Shown one piece after another: positions 29,228-40,000 of a stretch of 64,000 nt of DNA. The notes below the pieces were generated by a model. It searched no databases. It was not told where the DNA came from and worked only from the letters and a program-made list of their open reading frames with translations. The stretch lies in the sequence record DRR723986_8739. One strand, 5' to 3'. The first letter of the stretch is position 1. Each line of letters begins with the position of its first letter. The position numbers were made by a program, and so were the translations under genes.

Positions 29228-32119
29228 ATGTCAGAAGAAAAAATGATGCGTTTAGGCCAAATAGCCAGAAAACTCAACGTGGGAACGGCAACCATAGTTG
29301 AGTCTTTGGCCAAAAAGGGCTATGAGGTGGAGAATAATCCGAATTCAAAAATCAACATGAGTCAAGTTGAGATGCTGAATAAGGAGTTCAAATCTTCTGC
29401 CCTAGATAAGGAGGAGGCATCGCACCTCTCGATAGGGAAGCGCCATGAGCCTATTTCTATAGAGCCTGAAACTCCAAAAGAAGAGCCAAAGCCTGCTGCT
29501 GCACCTGCACCAGCTCCTGAACCAAAAGCACAGGAAGCGCCAAAACCAGCAGCTCCAGCTCCAGCTCCCGCGCCTGCTCCTCCAAAAGCAGCCGAAGAGC
29601 CAAAGCCCGCTCCTTCTTCAACGCCTACTCCGTCTGCCGATACGGAAAAAGTTTCTACAGAAGCTCCAAAACTAGAGGGTATTAAAGTCTTGGGTAAAAT
29701 TGACCTGAGTAAGAATACCAGTTCGGTTCCTAGACATAAGCAACAGCATGGCCAGAATAAGCACGGTCAAAAGCATGGTGATTCTAGGAAGCCGCAACCA
29801 GCTCAGCAACAAAACAAGCCTCAGCAGAAACCTGCTCAGGAAGATAAAAAACCTACCCCTCCTCAAGCACCTCAGGTGAAAAAGGAGCAGCCGAAACCTA
29901 CTCCACAACAGCCTAGCACTCCAGTGCCACCAGCTGCAAAGGATCAGGTGATTTCTGCAAAAGCAGACTCATTGAAAGGACTTACTGTTTTAGGTAAAAT
30001 AGAACTTCCTGCGGATCGACCTAAGAAAAAAGGAGGTCCAGTAGCTTCTTCTGACGAAAGAGGAAGAGATAAGAAGCGACCACGTAAACGTATTGATAAG
30101 CCAGGAGGACCAGGCCAAGGTAACCGCGCAGGTGGTGGCCAAGGAGGGCGACCAAACCAAGGTGGTGGAAACCGTCAAGGAGGAAACCAAAGGGGAGGGG
30201 CTCCTGTCAGAGCTCAGAAAGCTGAGCCAACTCAAAAAGAAATTCAAGATCAAATCAAACAGACCTTAGCTCGTCTTCAGGGCAAAAGCTCTGGAGGAGG
30301 AAAAGGCAAAAGTCGTAGAGACAAGAAAGCCGAAAGAGAGAGAGACGTAGATTTTGAAGCGGAAGAAACAAAAATCTTAAAAGTAACGGAGTTTATCTCT
30401 GCAAACGATTTGGCAGCATTGATGGATTTATCTGTTAATCAGATTATTTCTGCGTGTATGTCACTTGGGATGTTTGTGTCGATTAATCAGCGTTTGGATG
30501 CAGAGGCAATTACAATTATTGCTGACGAATTTGGCTATGAGGTGGAATTCACCAAATCTATCGAAGACGAAGTCGAGGTGGAGGAAGAAGATTCTCCGGA
30601 AGAATTGGTTGAAAGAGCTCCGATCGTAACCATTATGGGGCACGTCGATCACGGTAAAACTTCCTTACTAGATTACATCCGTATGTCCAAAGTGACTGCA
30701 GATGAGGCAGGAGGAATTACTCAGCATATTGGTGCTTACGATGTAATGACCAAAACAGGTCATAAGATCGCTTTCCTAGATACCCCGGGTCACGAAGCAT
30801 TTACAGCGATGAGAGCACGTGGTGCAAAAATCACCGATGTGGCGATTATCGTGATTGCGGCTGATGATAGCATCATGCCTCAGACTAAGGAAGCTATCAA
30901 TCACGCTCAAGTAGCTGGTGTACCGATGATTTTCGCTATCAACAAAATTGATAGACCAAATGCTAACCCTGCAAAGATCAAAGAAGAGCTTGCGAACATG
31001 AATCTCTTAATAGAGGAATGGGGTGGTAAATATCAGTCTCAGGATATTTCAGCTAAGACGGGTGAAGGTGTGGATGATTTGTTGGAGAAAGTTCTCCTTG
31101 AATCTGAGGTATTGGAGCTTACTGCGAATCCTGATAAAAATGCTGCTGGTACAGTAATCGAAGCATCCCTCGATAAGGGACGTGGCTATGTATCTACTAT
31201 TATGGTTCAAGCTGGTACATTAAGAATCGGTGATATTATCCTTGCAGGTCAGCATCACGGTCGTGTGAAAGCGATGTTTGATCACAAAGGTAAGAAGCTG
31301 AAAGAAGCCGGACCATCTACGCCAGTTCAGGTGTTGGGTCTTGGTGGAGCTCCTCAGGCAGGTGATATCATAAAAGTTTACGACACTGAGCGTGAAGCTA
31401 GAGATATTGCCAACTCAAGAGAGCAGATACAGAGGGAGCAAAGCTTAAGAACTAAGAAGCATATTACGTTGGATGAGATCGGTCGTCGATTGGCAATCGG
31501 TTCATTTAAAGAATTAAATATTATCATCAAGGGTGATGTGGATGGATCAGTAGAAGCACTTTCTGATTCCCTACTGAAGCTTTCTAAAGATGAAGTGAAA
31601 GTAAGTATTATCCACAAAGGTGTGGGGCAGATCTCCGAATCGGATGTCTTGCTAGCTTCTGCTTCTGATGCTATTATCCTTGGATTCCAGGTAAGACCAT
31701 CTTCCAACGCTAAGAAATTGGCAGAACAGGAAGAGATTGAAATCAGACATTACTCGATCATCTATGATGCGATCAACCAGATCAAAGATGCTATCGAAGG
31801 TATGCTTGAGCCAGAATTTGAAGAAGTGATCACTGGTAATATACAAGTTCGTGAAGTATTTAAAATCACTAAAGTGGGTACCGTTGCTGGTTCTTACGTT
31901 ACTGATGGCTTCATTACTAGAAAGAACAAGATCCGCGTGATCAGAGATGGTATAGTAATCCACGAAGGCGAGATCGATCAATTGAAGCGATTCAAAGACG
32001 ATGTAGCTGAAGTGAAAGCTGGATACGAATGTGGTATTTCGATCAAAGGTTTCAATAATATTGAGATTGATGATACTATCGAAGGCTACGAAATGAAAGA
32101 AATCAAGCGTAAGAAATAA
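29228..32119 (+). CDS. infB: Translation initiation factor IF-2
   Basis: [34 protein letters not shown]; long Pro/Ala/Gln-rich N-terminus; ATG at 29228. Confidence 0.98.
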   Translation: MSEEKMMRLGQIARKLNVGTATIVESLAKKGYEVENNPNSKINMSQVEMLNKEFKSSALDKEEASHLSIGKRHEPISIEPETPKEEPKPAAAPAPAPEPKAQEAPKPAAPAPAPAPAPPKAAEEPKPAPSSTPTPSADTEKVSTEAPKLEGIKVLGKIDLSKNTSSVPRHKQQHGQNKHGQKHGDSRKPQPAQQQNKPQQKPAQEDKKPTPPQAPQVKKEQPKPTPQQPSTPVPPAAKDQVISAKADSLKGLTVLGKIELPADRPKKKGGPVASSDERGRDKKRPRKRIDKPGGPGQGNRAGGGQGGRPNQGGGNRQGGNQRGGAPVRAQKAEPTQKEIQDQIKQTLARLQGKSSGGGKGKSRRDKKAERERDVDFEAEETKILKVTEFISANDLAALMDLSVNQIISACMSLGMFVSINQRLDAEAITIIADEFGYEVEFTKSIEDEVEVEEEDSPEELVERAPIVTIMGHVDHGKTSLLDYIRMSKVTADEAGGITQHIGAYDVMTKTGHKIAFLDTPGHEAFTAMRARGAKITDVAIIVIAADDSIMPQTKEAINHAQVAGVPMIFAINKIDRPNANPAKIKEELANMNLLIEEWGGKYQSQDISAKTGEGVDDLLEKVLLESEVLELTANPDKNAAGTVIEASLDKGRGYVSTIMVQAGTLRIGDIILAGQHHGRVKAMFDHKGKKLKEAGPSTPVQVLGLGGAPQAGDIIKVYDTEREARDIANSREQIQREQSLRTKKHITLDEIGRRLAIGSFKELNIIIKGDVDGSVEALSDSLLKLSKDEVKVSIIHKGVGQISESDVLLASASDAIILGFQVRPSSNAKKLAEQEEIEIRHYSIIYDAINQIKDAIEGMLEPEFEEVITGNIQVREVFKITKVGTVAGSYVTDGFITRKNKIRVIRDGIVIHEGEIDQLKRFKDDVAEVKAGYECGISIKGFNNIEIDDTIEGYEMKEIKRKK

Positions 32120-32142
32120 TTTCGCTTAGATATATAGAAAAG

Positions 32143-32170
32143 AAAGGGACAGCATTGCTGTTCCTTTTTT
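32143..32170 (+). terminator. Intrinsic terminator after infB
   Basis: AAAGGGACAGC-att-GCTGTTCCTTT plus T tract. Confidence 0.85.
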
Positions 32171-32181
32171 AGTTTTACGGC

Positions 32182-32379
32182 ATGTTATCAGCGGTGTATA
32201 TTCTTCTTTGGATACTGTTTTTCTTTTGTCTTGCCAGTCTAGTTGCCGGTTTGATACGGCCCGTTTTTGTATTATGGTTTTTGGATAGAATGAATCGCCT
32301 TAAAGTCCTAAAAATTTACGGATTATCTTCTTTAATACTTTTAATGATTCTGATGCTGGTGAAATATTATTTTGTCTGA
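32182..32379 (+). CDS. Small two-TM membrane protein (65 aa)
   Basis: ATG start; two hydrophobic segments joined by an RP..VLWF.DR.NRLKVLK loop; fills an intergenic gap. Confidence 0.6.
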   Translation: MLSAVYILLWILFFFCLASLVAGLIRPVFVLWFLDRMNRLKVLKIYGLSSLILLMILMLVKYYFV

Positions 32380-32503
32380 TTTATTTGTATAGTAAATAAT
32401 TTGGATTTTGTGTTTATTGGGGAAATTTATCATTATTTTTTTTAGGTAACGTTGGTTTTGCAAATTGAATAGTTTTATTTTTCGAATTGTAATAAACCCA
32501 GAA

Positions 32504-33049
32504 TTGAAGAATCGCGTTTCCATATTGCTTTTACTTTGCTTTGTGATGTACCACTTTGGGTACTACGCATTTTATTTTTCCTACGATTCGCATCTGGAAC
32601 GTAAATGGGAGGCTATAATTTTTAGTGAAAGCCCTCTCGTACCTGAAGAAACTTTAATGGAAATTCCACTTTCTGCACCCTATATGGCTAATCAGGAGGA
32701 GTTTCAGCCCACAAATACTTCCTTTGAGAAGGATGGGCAATTCTACCGGGCCATCAAGCAACGCTATCAGAATGACACTTTGCAAGTGGTGGTAGTACCA
32801 GATACCGCTCGTGGAGTACTAGATACTACGGTGAAAAAGTGGATTTCCTCCCTGACCAGCGATGAACTCCCTCAAGATCAAAATGGTAAATCTCTGCTTC
32901 AGCTTTTAGTCAAAGACTATCTTCGAGCAGAGAAATTTGCAATGGGAAACATTACTACCAGTTTTGATTTTGTTTCTCCTGGTTTCACTTCCATCTATTA
33001 TAGTAATCCTTTTTTTCAACAAGTAAGTCCTCCTCCCCAGTTAGGGTAA
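32504..33049 (+). CDS. Hypothetical protein with N-terminal hydrophobic segment and C-terminal PPP (putative regulatory leader ORF)
   Basis: TTG start MKNRVSILLLL; F...GQFY..IKQ...NDTL core; ends SPPPQLG just upstream of an outer-membrane protein gene. Confidence 0.7.
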   Translation: MKNRVSILLLLCFVMYHFGYYAFYFSYDSHLERKWEAIIFSESPLVPEETLMEIPLSAPYMANQEEFQPTNTSFEKDGQFYRAIKQRYQNDTLQVVVVPDTARGVLDTTVKKWISSLTSDELPQDQNGKSLLQLLVKDYLRAEKFAMGNITTSFDFVSPGFTSIYYSNPFFQQVSPPPQLG

Positions 33050-33192
33050 TTTCTTATTTCTCCTGCTTGTAGACCTTACCAGATATAGTTCTGGATTGTT
33101 TGTTATACCCTTTTGTTAAAACGATACAGTTAGTAGGGTTTGGTTTTAGTTTAAGCACACTTAAAAATTCACAAGAAATTACTCTATTTACT

Positions 33193-34299
33193 ATGAAAAA
33201 ATACTCTATACTTACCCTATTCATACTTACATTTTACTCTGCTTCTTTTGAGTTATATGCTCAAGGATGCGTTGCTATTCGCCAGTTTTCTGGACTCGGA
33301 AATGCTGTCGGTCAAGGAAATATCCTCAATAAAGGGGAGTGGAACGTAAGTGCCAATTACCGTTATTTTAAGTCATTCAGGCATTTTCGTGGGACGGAAC
33401 AAGAACACAATCGTCTGACAGATCACACTGAAGTGATCAATAAGCAACATGGGCTGGACATCAATATTAGCTATGCATTCTCAGAGCGGCTGTATGGGAT
33501 TGTTTCCCTGCCCTTACAATACAATGAGAGAAGTTCGCTTTACGAGCATAATAGAACTGACAGGCATACGTCCTATTCTAAAGGTTTTGGTGATATGAGA
33601 ATAGGTGCTGGTTACTGGTTGCTTTCTGGCGAAAAAGCTCAGAAGGGCAATACTGCAATTGGCCTTGGAATCAAATTCCCAATAGGAGATTATGCTGCTA
33701 CAAGTACATTCTACAGAGGTCCTGAAAGCACACCGACGGAGATGACTGTAGACCAATCCATCCAATTAGGAGATGGTGGAACTGGTTTAATTGTTGATTT
33801 TCAGGGTCTTTGGAATATCGGGAGCACTAACTTCTGGTACTACGATGGGTTTTATATGTTTAATCCTAAGGAAACCAATGGAACTCTTACTAATCGTAGC
33901 CGACCAAATGAAGCAATAATGAGTGTTCCAGATCAGTTCGCACTTAGGACTGGTGTTTTCCATGCATTTGAAAAAATTCATGGTCTGGGAGCGTCACTGG
34001 GAGGAAGAGTTGAAGGAATTCCTGTCCATGATGCCTTCGGTGGAAGTGAAGGTTTTAGAAGACCAGGCTGTATTATTTCTGTTGAGCCTGGAGTGAGCTA
34101 TATGCTTGGCAATGTGACTGGTACGCTGAATGTGCCGATAGCTTTATTCCGAAATAGAACACAAAGTGTGACTGATATCGAAAATTCCACTCCAGATAAT
34201 GAGGTTCATGGGGATGCTGCATTCGCAGATTACCTGATCAATTTCACTGTAGCCGTGAGAATTCCTAAGAAAGTTAAAGAGGTTTTTAACTCACTATAA
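33193..34299 (+). CDS. Outer-membrane beta-barrel transporter-like protein
   Basis: Signal peptide then QGCVAIR; alternating aromatic beta strands; GFGD...G, G.K.P.G and QLG.GG motifs resembling the MetA/CoxB-like barrel family; ATG 33193. Confidence 0.7.
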   Translation: MKKYSILTLFILTFYSASFELYAQGCVAIRQFSGLGNAVGQGNILNKGEWNVSANYRYFKSFRHFRGTEQEHNRLTDHTEVINKQHGLDINISYAFSERLYGIVSLPLQYNERSSLYEHNRTDRHTSYSKGFGDMRIGAGYWLLSGEKAQKGNTAIGLGIKFPIGDYAATSTFYRGPESTPTEMTVDQSIQLGDGGTGLIVDFQGLWNIGSTNFWYYDGFYMFNPKETNGTLTNRSRPNEAIMSVPDQFALRTGVFHAFEKIHGLGASLGGRVEGIPVHDAFGGSEGFRRPGCIISVEPGVSYMLGNVTGTLNVPIALFRNRTQSVTDIENSTPDNEVHGDAAFADYLINFTVAVRIPKKVKEVFNSL

Positions 34300-34310
34300 T
34301 ATTCAGAAAG

Positions 34311-35945
34311 TCAAAGAGCCTTTGCAGGTTCTTTGACTTCTTTTTTTAAGCTTTTGGTAGCTAAAACCATCAAGGAGATTGCCAAAACGAAAAGAAGTGC
34401 TGCGATGATAGAAAGTACATACACTTCGTCTTGGAAATTTTTCCAGGCAAAAAGCCCTAAGGAAGAAAGGGTAACAGTAAACATGAAAAACATGGGTATC
34501 GTAACAAAGAGTGCATTGATTTTTTTCTTAATGAGCCAGACAGCTATAGTCAATAGCGCAAGAGCTGCAAGAAGTTGATTGGCTGAACCGAAAATTGGCC
34601 AAAGTGTAGTGAATTCACCAGATAGTAATAACAGAATAGAGAATAAAACTACGATTCCCGTGGATACATATCTGTTTTTTGCCAAGAATTGACCAGCTGC
34701 CTGAGGCACATCTTCGAAATATTCCTGCAATGTAAATCTTGCCAATCGAGTGCAAGTATCTAAGGTGGTAAGTGCGAAAGCTGATACGGTCAATGCGACA
34801 AAACCAACCGCAAACTCTTCTGAAATTCCCAAAGTTGCGATCATTCCACCCAGGCCAGTGGAGAAAAGTGCGACAGGACCTTCACCTGTAAGTCTTGCTG
34901 CATATTCTGACCTGGACAAAATCACAACTGCTCCAACCGAAATAATTGCCAAGAAAGATTCAATTAGCATGCCTCCGAATCCCACTAATTTAGCATCAGA
35001 CTCCTTATTTAATTGTTTGGAAGTTGTGCCTGAAGCCACGAGAGAGTGAAATCCGCTGATTGCTCCACAGGCGATCGTCACAAAAAGTACTGGGAAAATA
35101 TAACCGAGATTTTCATCAGAAACGTGGATCTCATTACTCATTTCGATAGCAGGATTGGCAATGAATACACCGAGAACAGCGGCGATAATCAATCCATAGA
35201 GCAAAAAGCTATTGAGGTAATCACGTGGCTGAAGAAGCATGCCGACAGGAGTCACTGAAGCTAAAAATGCATAAGCCAAAAGTGCCAAAACCCAGATTTT
35301 ATAATCCAACACGAAAGGAAGTTTCATCCCCAGGTACACAAAGAAGTACATCAAGATCACACCTATAACCGTAATGATAATAAATGCGGTTTTCCGATCT
35401 CCTATTATTTTATTGACAATTCCGAAGCCCACTGCCAATAAAATAAAGAGTATTGAAGCTGATGCTACGCCTGGATTGGTAACAAAGGTCTTAGCAATAA
35501 TGTCTGCAAAAACACCGATAACAAGGATTAGAGTAGAAAAACTGAAGATAACGAAGAGCTGTTTTCCTTTCATCCCTATTTGATTTCGGATGATTACTCC
35601 GATTGATTTTCCTTCTGTTTTCAGCGAGGTAGCCATACTTCCCAAATCATGCACCGCTCCAAAGAAGATTCCACCAACCAAAATCCAGATCACAGCGGGA
35701 ATCCAGCCAAAGGTCACTGCGATGATCGGCCCTACGATCGGTCCGGCTCCAGCAATCGAAGCAAAATGATGCCCTAGAACCACAATTGGCTTGCTTGGCT
35801 CATAGTCTACGCCATCTCGATGGGTGTGGGAAGGTGCTGGATTTTTATCATTTAAACCGAATTTCCGGTACACATACCTTCCATAAACCTTGTAGGCTAT
35901 AAATAATATCACTGCGGAACTGAGGAGAAGAACGGCAAGGTTCAT
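34311..35945 (-). CDS. cstA: Carbon starvation protein A family transporter
   Basis: DGVDY.P, GHHFASIAGAGPIVGP, LLQPRDYLN, TIACGAISGFHSLV.SGTTSKQ, WPIFGSANQLLA. Confidence 0.96.
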   Translation of the reverse strand: MNLAVLLLSSAVILFIAYKVYGRYVYRKFGLNDKNPAPSHTHRDGVDYEPSKPIVVLGHHFASIAGAGPIVGPIIAVTFGWIPAVIWILVGGIFFGAVHDLGSMATSLKTEGKSIGVIIRNQIGMKGKQLFVIFSFSTLILVIGVFADIIAKTFVTNPGVASASILFILLAVGFGIVNKIIGDRKTAFIIITVIGVILMYFFVYLGMKLPFVLDYKIWVLALLAYAFLASVTPVGMLLQPRDYLNSFLLYGLIIAAVLGVFIANPAIEMSNEIHVSDENLGYIFPVLFVTIACGAISGFHSLVASGTTSKQLNKESDAKLVGFGGMLIESFLAIISVGAVVILSRSEYAARLTGEGPVALFSTGLGGMIATLGISEEFAVGFVALTVSAFALTTLDTCTRLARFTLQEYFEDVPQAAGQFLAKNRYVSTGIVVLFSILLLLSGEFTTLWPIFGSANQLLAALALLTIAVWLIKKKINALFVTIPMFFMFTVTLSSLGLFAWKNFQDEVYVLSIIAALLFVLAISLMVLATKSLKKEVKEPAKAL

Positions 35946-36125
35946 GTGTCATTATTTGGGTAAATGTATGTTCTTCAATGAAAAACACACTCATTAGTAT
36001 TCTAAATCAAAATAAGGTAAATATTAATCCTTGAAAAAGCGATTTTCAAAAATGCTTGGATTTCCTTTGCAATGCGGAAATCCTAACCAATTTTCAAGGA
36101 GGTTTTATTTACGGGATTTAACGAC

Positions 36126-36133
36126 TAAATTTG
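36126..36133 (+). promoter_or_regulatory. -7 box (TAAATTTG) for accD
   Basis: TAnnTTTG match 38 nt before the start. Confidence 0.55.
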
Positions 36134-36171
36134 TAACCTTTGACTCGTCAAAAACAACCTAAAAACTCAAT

Positions 36172-37014
36172 ATGGCTTGGTTTAAAAGAACTGACAAAGG
36201 CATCAAAACATCTACAGCTGAGAAGAAAGATGCACCTGATGGCCTTTGGTTTAAGACCCCAAACGGAAATATCATTCATACCCGAGAGCTCAAGAACAAC
36301 GCTTACGTATGCCCAGATGATGATTTTCATGTGAAAATTGGTTCGAAGGAATATTTCGAAATTCTTTTTGACAACAATAAATTCAAGGAACTTGATGCTA
36401 ATATGACCTCAGGTGATCCTTTGAAATTCACAGATACTAAACCCTACGTTTCCCGCATAGAAGCTACGATCAAGAAAACAGAGTTGAATGACGCTGTTAG
36501 ATCCGCTGTGGGTAAAATGAATGGATTGGACATCGTTATTGCTTGTATGGACTTTAATTTCATCGGAGGATCCATGGGGTCTGTAGTAGGTGAGAAAATC
36601 GCCCGTGCTATTGATCACTCCCTAAAGAATAAAATCCCATTTTTGATGATTTCCAAGTCAGGTGGAGCACGAATGATGGAAGCTGGCTTCTCTTTAATGC
36701 AAATGGCGAAAACATCTGCCAAGCTTGCGTTGTTAGATCAAGCAGGTATTCCTTACATTTCTATGCTTACGGATCCTACGACTGGTGGAGTCACGGCTTC
36801 TTATGCAATGTTGGGGGATTTCAACATCGCTGAGCCAGAAGCATTAATTGGTTTTGCTGGTCCAAGAGTAATTCGTGAGACGATTGGTAAAGATTTACCT
36901 AAAGGTTTCCAAAGTTCTGAGTTCGTTTTGGAGCATGGATTTCTTGATTTCATTGTTGATCGTCGTCAGTTGAAAGGCCGATTGACCACCTTGCTAAACC
37001 TTTTAAATAACTAA
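36172..37014 (+). CDS. accD: Acetyl-CoA carboxylase carboxyltransferase beta subunit
   Basis: [48 protein letters not shown]. Confidence 0.98.
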   Translation: MAWFKRTDKGIKTSTAEKKDAPDGLWFKTPNGNIIHTRELKNNAYVCPDDDFHVKIGSKEYFEILFDNNKFKELDANMTSGDPLKFTDTKPYVSRIEATIKKTELNDAVRSAVGKMNGLDIVIACMDFNFIGGSMGSVVGEKIARAIDHSLKNKIPFLMISKSGGARMMEAGFSLMQMAKTSAKLALLDQAGIPYISMLTDPTTGGVTASYAMLGDFNIAEPEALIGFAGPRVIRETIGKDLPKGFQSSEFVLEHGFLDFIVDRRQLKGRLTTLLNLLNN

Positions 37015-37091
37015 AAGAGTTACTATTAAAAGGATTTCATTATTCCGGCCAAATTTGAACTGTGATTTGGTCTCTTTTAGTGATTAATAAA

Positions 37092-37099
37092 TATATTTG
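37092..37099 (+). promoter_or_regulatory. -7 box (TATATTTG) for nqrF
   Basis: TAnnTTTG match 47 nt before the start. Confidence 0.6.
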
Positions 37100-37146
37100 T
37101 GCTCCCGTATTGGGCCAATCCATAAGAAAAATTAAACCAAAATTTC

Positions 37147-38448
37147 ATGGGTTCAGTAATTATTACATCCATCGTAGCTTTTACAGTAATCATATTGCTA
37201 CTGGTATTTATTCTCCTTTTTGCCCAGTCGAAACTGGTCAACTCAGGTGATGTCAACATTATAATTAATGGTGACACTAGTTCTCCAATCGTGACTGCAG
37301 CTGGTACAACCCTGCTTTCTACACTTGGGGGGCAAAAAATCTTCCTTCCATCCGCTTGCGGTGGTGGTGGAACTTGCGCTATGTGTAAATGCGTGGTCGA
37401 AGAAGGTGGTGGAGAAGTTCTACCTACCGAAGTCGGTCACTTGAGCAGAGCTGAGCAGCAAAGTAACGTCCGCCTCGCGTGTCAGGTGAAAGTGAAAAAT
37501 GACATGAAGATCCGCGTTCCTGAGGAGATCTTTGGTATCAAGAAGTGGGAGTGTGAGGTTATCTCTAACTACAACGTTTCTACCTTCATCAAAGAATTCA
37601 AAGTGAAACTCCCTGAAGGAGAAACTCTTGAGTTTGAAGCGGGTGGATACATTCAGATTGACGTTCCTGTAATCACAGTGAATTTCAAAGGAATGGATAT
37701 CACTCCGCATCCTGATCTAGGTCACCCAGCAGACGTTTACCAAAGCGATTGGGACAAATTCGGTCTTTGGGACTTGACCATGAAGAATGATGAGGAGCTT
37801 TTCAGAGCTTATTCCATGGCTAATCACCCAGCTGAAGGTAACATCGTAATGCTTACGATTCGTATTGCTACTCCACCATGGGATAGAGCGAATAACAAGT
37901 GGATGGATGTAAATCCTGGTGTTTGTTCTTCTTATGTGTTCTCTAGAGTTCCTGGTGATAAAGTAACTATCTCTGGACCTTACGGTGAATTCCACATTAA
38001 TCCTACCCAACGCGAGATGGTTTACATCGGTGGTGGTGCAGGTATGGCTCCATTGAGAGCACAGATTTTCCACCTTTTCCATACTGAAAAAACCAGCAGA
38101 AAAGTTTCTTACTGGTACGGTGGTAGATCTAAAAAAGAGCTTTTCTATGTGCCTCAATTCAGAGACATTGAGAAAGACTTCCCTAACTTCCAATTCAACA
38201 TTGGTCTATCGGAGCCACTTCCGGAAGACAATTGGAAAATCAAGAAAACTCCGGAAGATGAAGGTGACGGTTACGTTGGTTTCATTCACCAAGTATTATA
38301 TGATAACTATCTAAAGAATCATCCTGAGCCAGATGAGGTGGAATATTACCTATGCGGCCCTCCTTTGATGAACTCAGCAGTTTTGAAATTGCTAGATGAT
38401 CTGGGAATTCCTCAGGAGAACATCCGATTTGACGACTTCGGAGGTTAA
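37147..38448 (+). CDS. nqrF: Na(+)-translocating NADH:quinone reductase subunit F
   Basis: N-terminal [14 protein letters not shown]...[28 protein letters not shown], ending FDDFGG. Confidence 0.97.
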   Translation: MGSVIITSIVAFTVIILLLVFILLFAQSKLVNSGDVNIIINGDTSSPIVTAAGTTLLSTLGGQKIFLPSACGGGGTCAMCKCVVEEGGGEVLPTEVGHLSRAEQQSNVRLACQVKVKNDMKIRVPEEIFGIKKWECEVISNYNVSTFIKEFKVKLPEGETLEFEAGGYIQIDVPVITVNFKGMDITPHPDLGHPADVYQSDWDKFGLWDLTMKNDEELFRAYSMANHPAEGNIVMLTIRIATPPWDRANNKWMDVNPGVCSSYVFSRVPGDKVTISGPYGEFHINPTQREMVYIGGGAGMAPLRAQIFHLFHTEKTSRKVSYWYGGRSKKELFYVPQFRDIEKDFPNFQFNIGLSEPLPEDNWKIKKTPEDEGDGYVGFIHQVLYDNYLKNHPEPDEVEYYLCGPPLMNSAVLKLLDDLGIPQENIRFDDFGG

Positions 38449-38456
38449 TCAAAAAC

Positions 38457-38484
38457 AAAAGATCCCGCTTCGGCGGGATTTTTT
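38457..38484 (+). terminator. Intrinsic terminator after nqrF
   Basis: ATCCCGC-TTCG-GCGGGAT plus T tract. Confidence 0.9.
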
Positions 38485-38532
38485 ATTTAAGAACCATTTT
38501 TGATTATTTTTACCTTAGACTATCACCCCTTT

Positions 38533-39684
38533 ATGAATATCCAATCTTATTTTGACCCAGTAGCCGAATACCTTTGGCAGAAGAAGTATCAAAACAATTC
38601 ATTCTTTAAGCAAATCCATTTTTTTGGAGAGGAATTTCCTGATCTCAAAGGCGTACAAATAGCCTTAGTCGGAATCAAAGAAAATCGAGGTTTGGGCAAA
38701 GTGGAAAGTGCGGATAGAGGTAGTAGTGAGATTCGTGAGAAACTTTATGAGCTGAAAAAAGGCTTTGGGGCATATAGAGTAGCTGATTTAGGAGATTTGA
38801 TTTCAGGAGAGAAATTGAGTGATACGTATCAACGGATGCAGGAGGTAGGTGACTACCTGATGAAGCAGCAGATTCTGCCAATTTACTTTGGAGGTTCGCA
38901 CGATTTGGACTACGGGCAGTATTTGTCCTACCAAAAAATGAAAAAGCTGGTCAGCCTGTTGACTGTAGATGCCAAATTAGACATGGAAGAAGATGGTCCA
39001 CTTGCGGATCAACATACACAGGAGATCATTCTTCATCAGCCTAATTTTCTCTTTTCATCTGCCCATCTTGCTTACCAAAGCTTTCTAGTTGATCCATCGC
39101 TGATCAATGTGGTAGAAAAGCTCTATTTTGAGCATGTGCGCTTGGGAGAATTGAGAAGTGAGTTTAAAGAAGTAGAGCCTTTGATTCGAAATGCAGATTT
39201 GTTAAGTTTTGATTTGTGCGCTATTCAGTCCGCTGATGCTCCTGGGGCTGTGAATGCTGAACCTTTCGGACTGACAGCCGAAGAAGCGTGCCAGATTTGC
39301 TGGTTTGCGGGGACAAATGAAAAGTTGAGTTCCATCGGAATATATGGTTACGAACCTTATTATGATGATGCTGCAAATAAGACAGCCAAGGTGGTTTCTG
39401 TAATGATTTGGTATTTCTTAGAAGGGTTTTACTCCCGCAAGGATAGCCTTTCTTTTAAAAGCTCTGATTATACAAAGTATACAGTTTCCTTGGATACGAA
39501 GCCAAATACCTTGGTTTTCTACAAAAGTAAGCGAAGCGGCAAATGGTGGATGGAGATTCCACATAATGAAACAGAGAAATTTGACCGAGTGAGTACAGTT
39601 CCTTGTAGCTATGCGGATTATCAGATGGCTCAAAAAGGAGAGATCCCTGAGCGGTGGATTAATGCTCAGATCAAATTGCTTTGA
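38533..39684 (+). CDS. Arginase/formimidoylglutamase-family protein
   Basis: ADLGD, GGSHDL, DAKLD, SFDL..I...DAPG, PFGL..EEACQI; ATG 38533. Confidence 0.85.
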   Translation: MNIQSYFDPVAEYLWQKKYQNNSFFKQIHFFGEEFPDLKGVQIALVGIKENRGLGKVESADRGSSEIREKLYELKKGFGAYRVADLGDLISGEKLSDTYQRMQEVGDYLMKQQILPIYFGGSHDLDYGQYLSYQKMKKLVSLLTVDAKLDMEEDGPLADQHTQEIILHQPNFLFSSAHLAYQSFLVDPSLINVVEKLYFEHVRLGELRSEFKEVEPLIRNADLLSFDLCAIQSADAPGAVNAEPFGLTAEEACQICWFAGTNEKLSSIGIYGYEPYYDDAANKTAKVVSVMIWYFLEGFYSRKDSLSFKSSDYTKYTVSLDTKPNTLVFYKSKRSGKWWMEIPHNETEKFDRVSTVPCSYADYQMAQKGEIPERWINAQIKLL

Positions 39685-39753
39685 TGAAATTTGAGCATGG
39701 CCAAAGCGTCAAGGGCAGTAAGCTCATTAAAAATGAGAGATTCCATTTGGCCA
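39684..39753 (+). repeat. Intercistronic ~70-nt element, copy 1 (candidate structured RNA)
   Basis: ATGAAATTTGAGCA-N10-GTCA-N21-ATGAGAGATTCCAT-TTGGCCA; matches three other copies. Confidence 0.75.
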
Positions 39754-39766
39754 AAAAAAATATTAT

Positions 39767-40000
39767 ATGCACATGAATACTTATACAAAGCAACAATTGG
39801 CACTTCGAAATGGCCAGGATAAGCCTGAAATTTGGGTTGCTTACCAAGGTGTCATATATGATGTCAGCAGGTCAAGACTTTGGAAGAAAGGCATGCATTA
39901 CGAGCATTGGGCAGGACAGGATTTGACTGAGGAATTGCCAGATGCACCACATACAGAAAAAGTATTTGAGAAATTTGAAGCCATTGGGCAACTAGCATAA
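39767..40000 (+). CDS. Cytochrome b5-like heme/steroid-binding domain protein
   Basis: IWVAYQGVIYDVS.S.LW..G.H..H.AGQDLT.EL.DAPH; start may be 39773. Confidence 0.9.
   Translation: MHMNTYTKQQLALRNGQDKPEIWVAYQGVIYDVSRSRLWKKGMHYEHWAGQDLTEELPDAPHTEKVFEKFEAIGQLA

Noticed and set aside
29480-29620. Short GCTCCA/GCACCT tandem repeats
   Set aside because: They encode the Pro-Ala linker of IF-2; not a CRISPR array or mobile repeat.
37420-38193. Antisense ORFs of 96 and 158 aa within nqrF
   Set aside because: No recognisable domains; expected from biased codon usage in a conserved gene.
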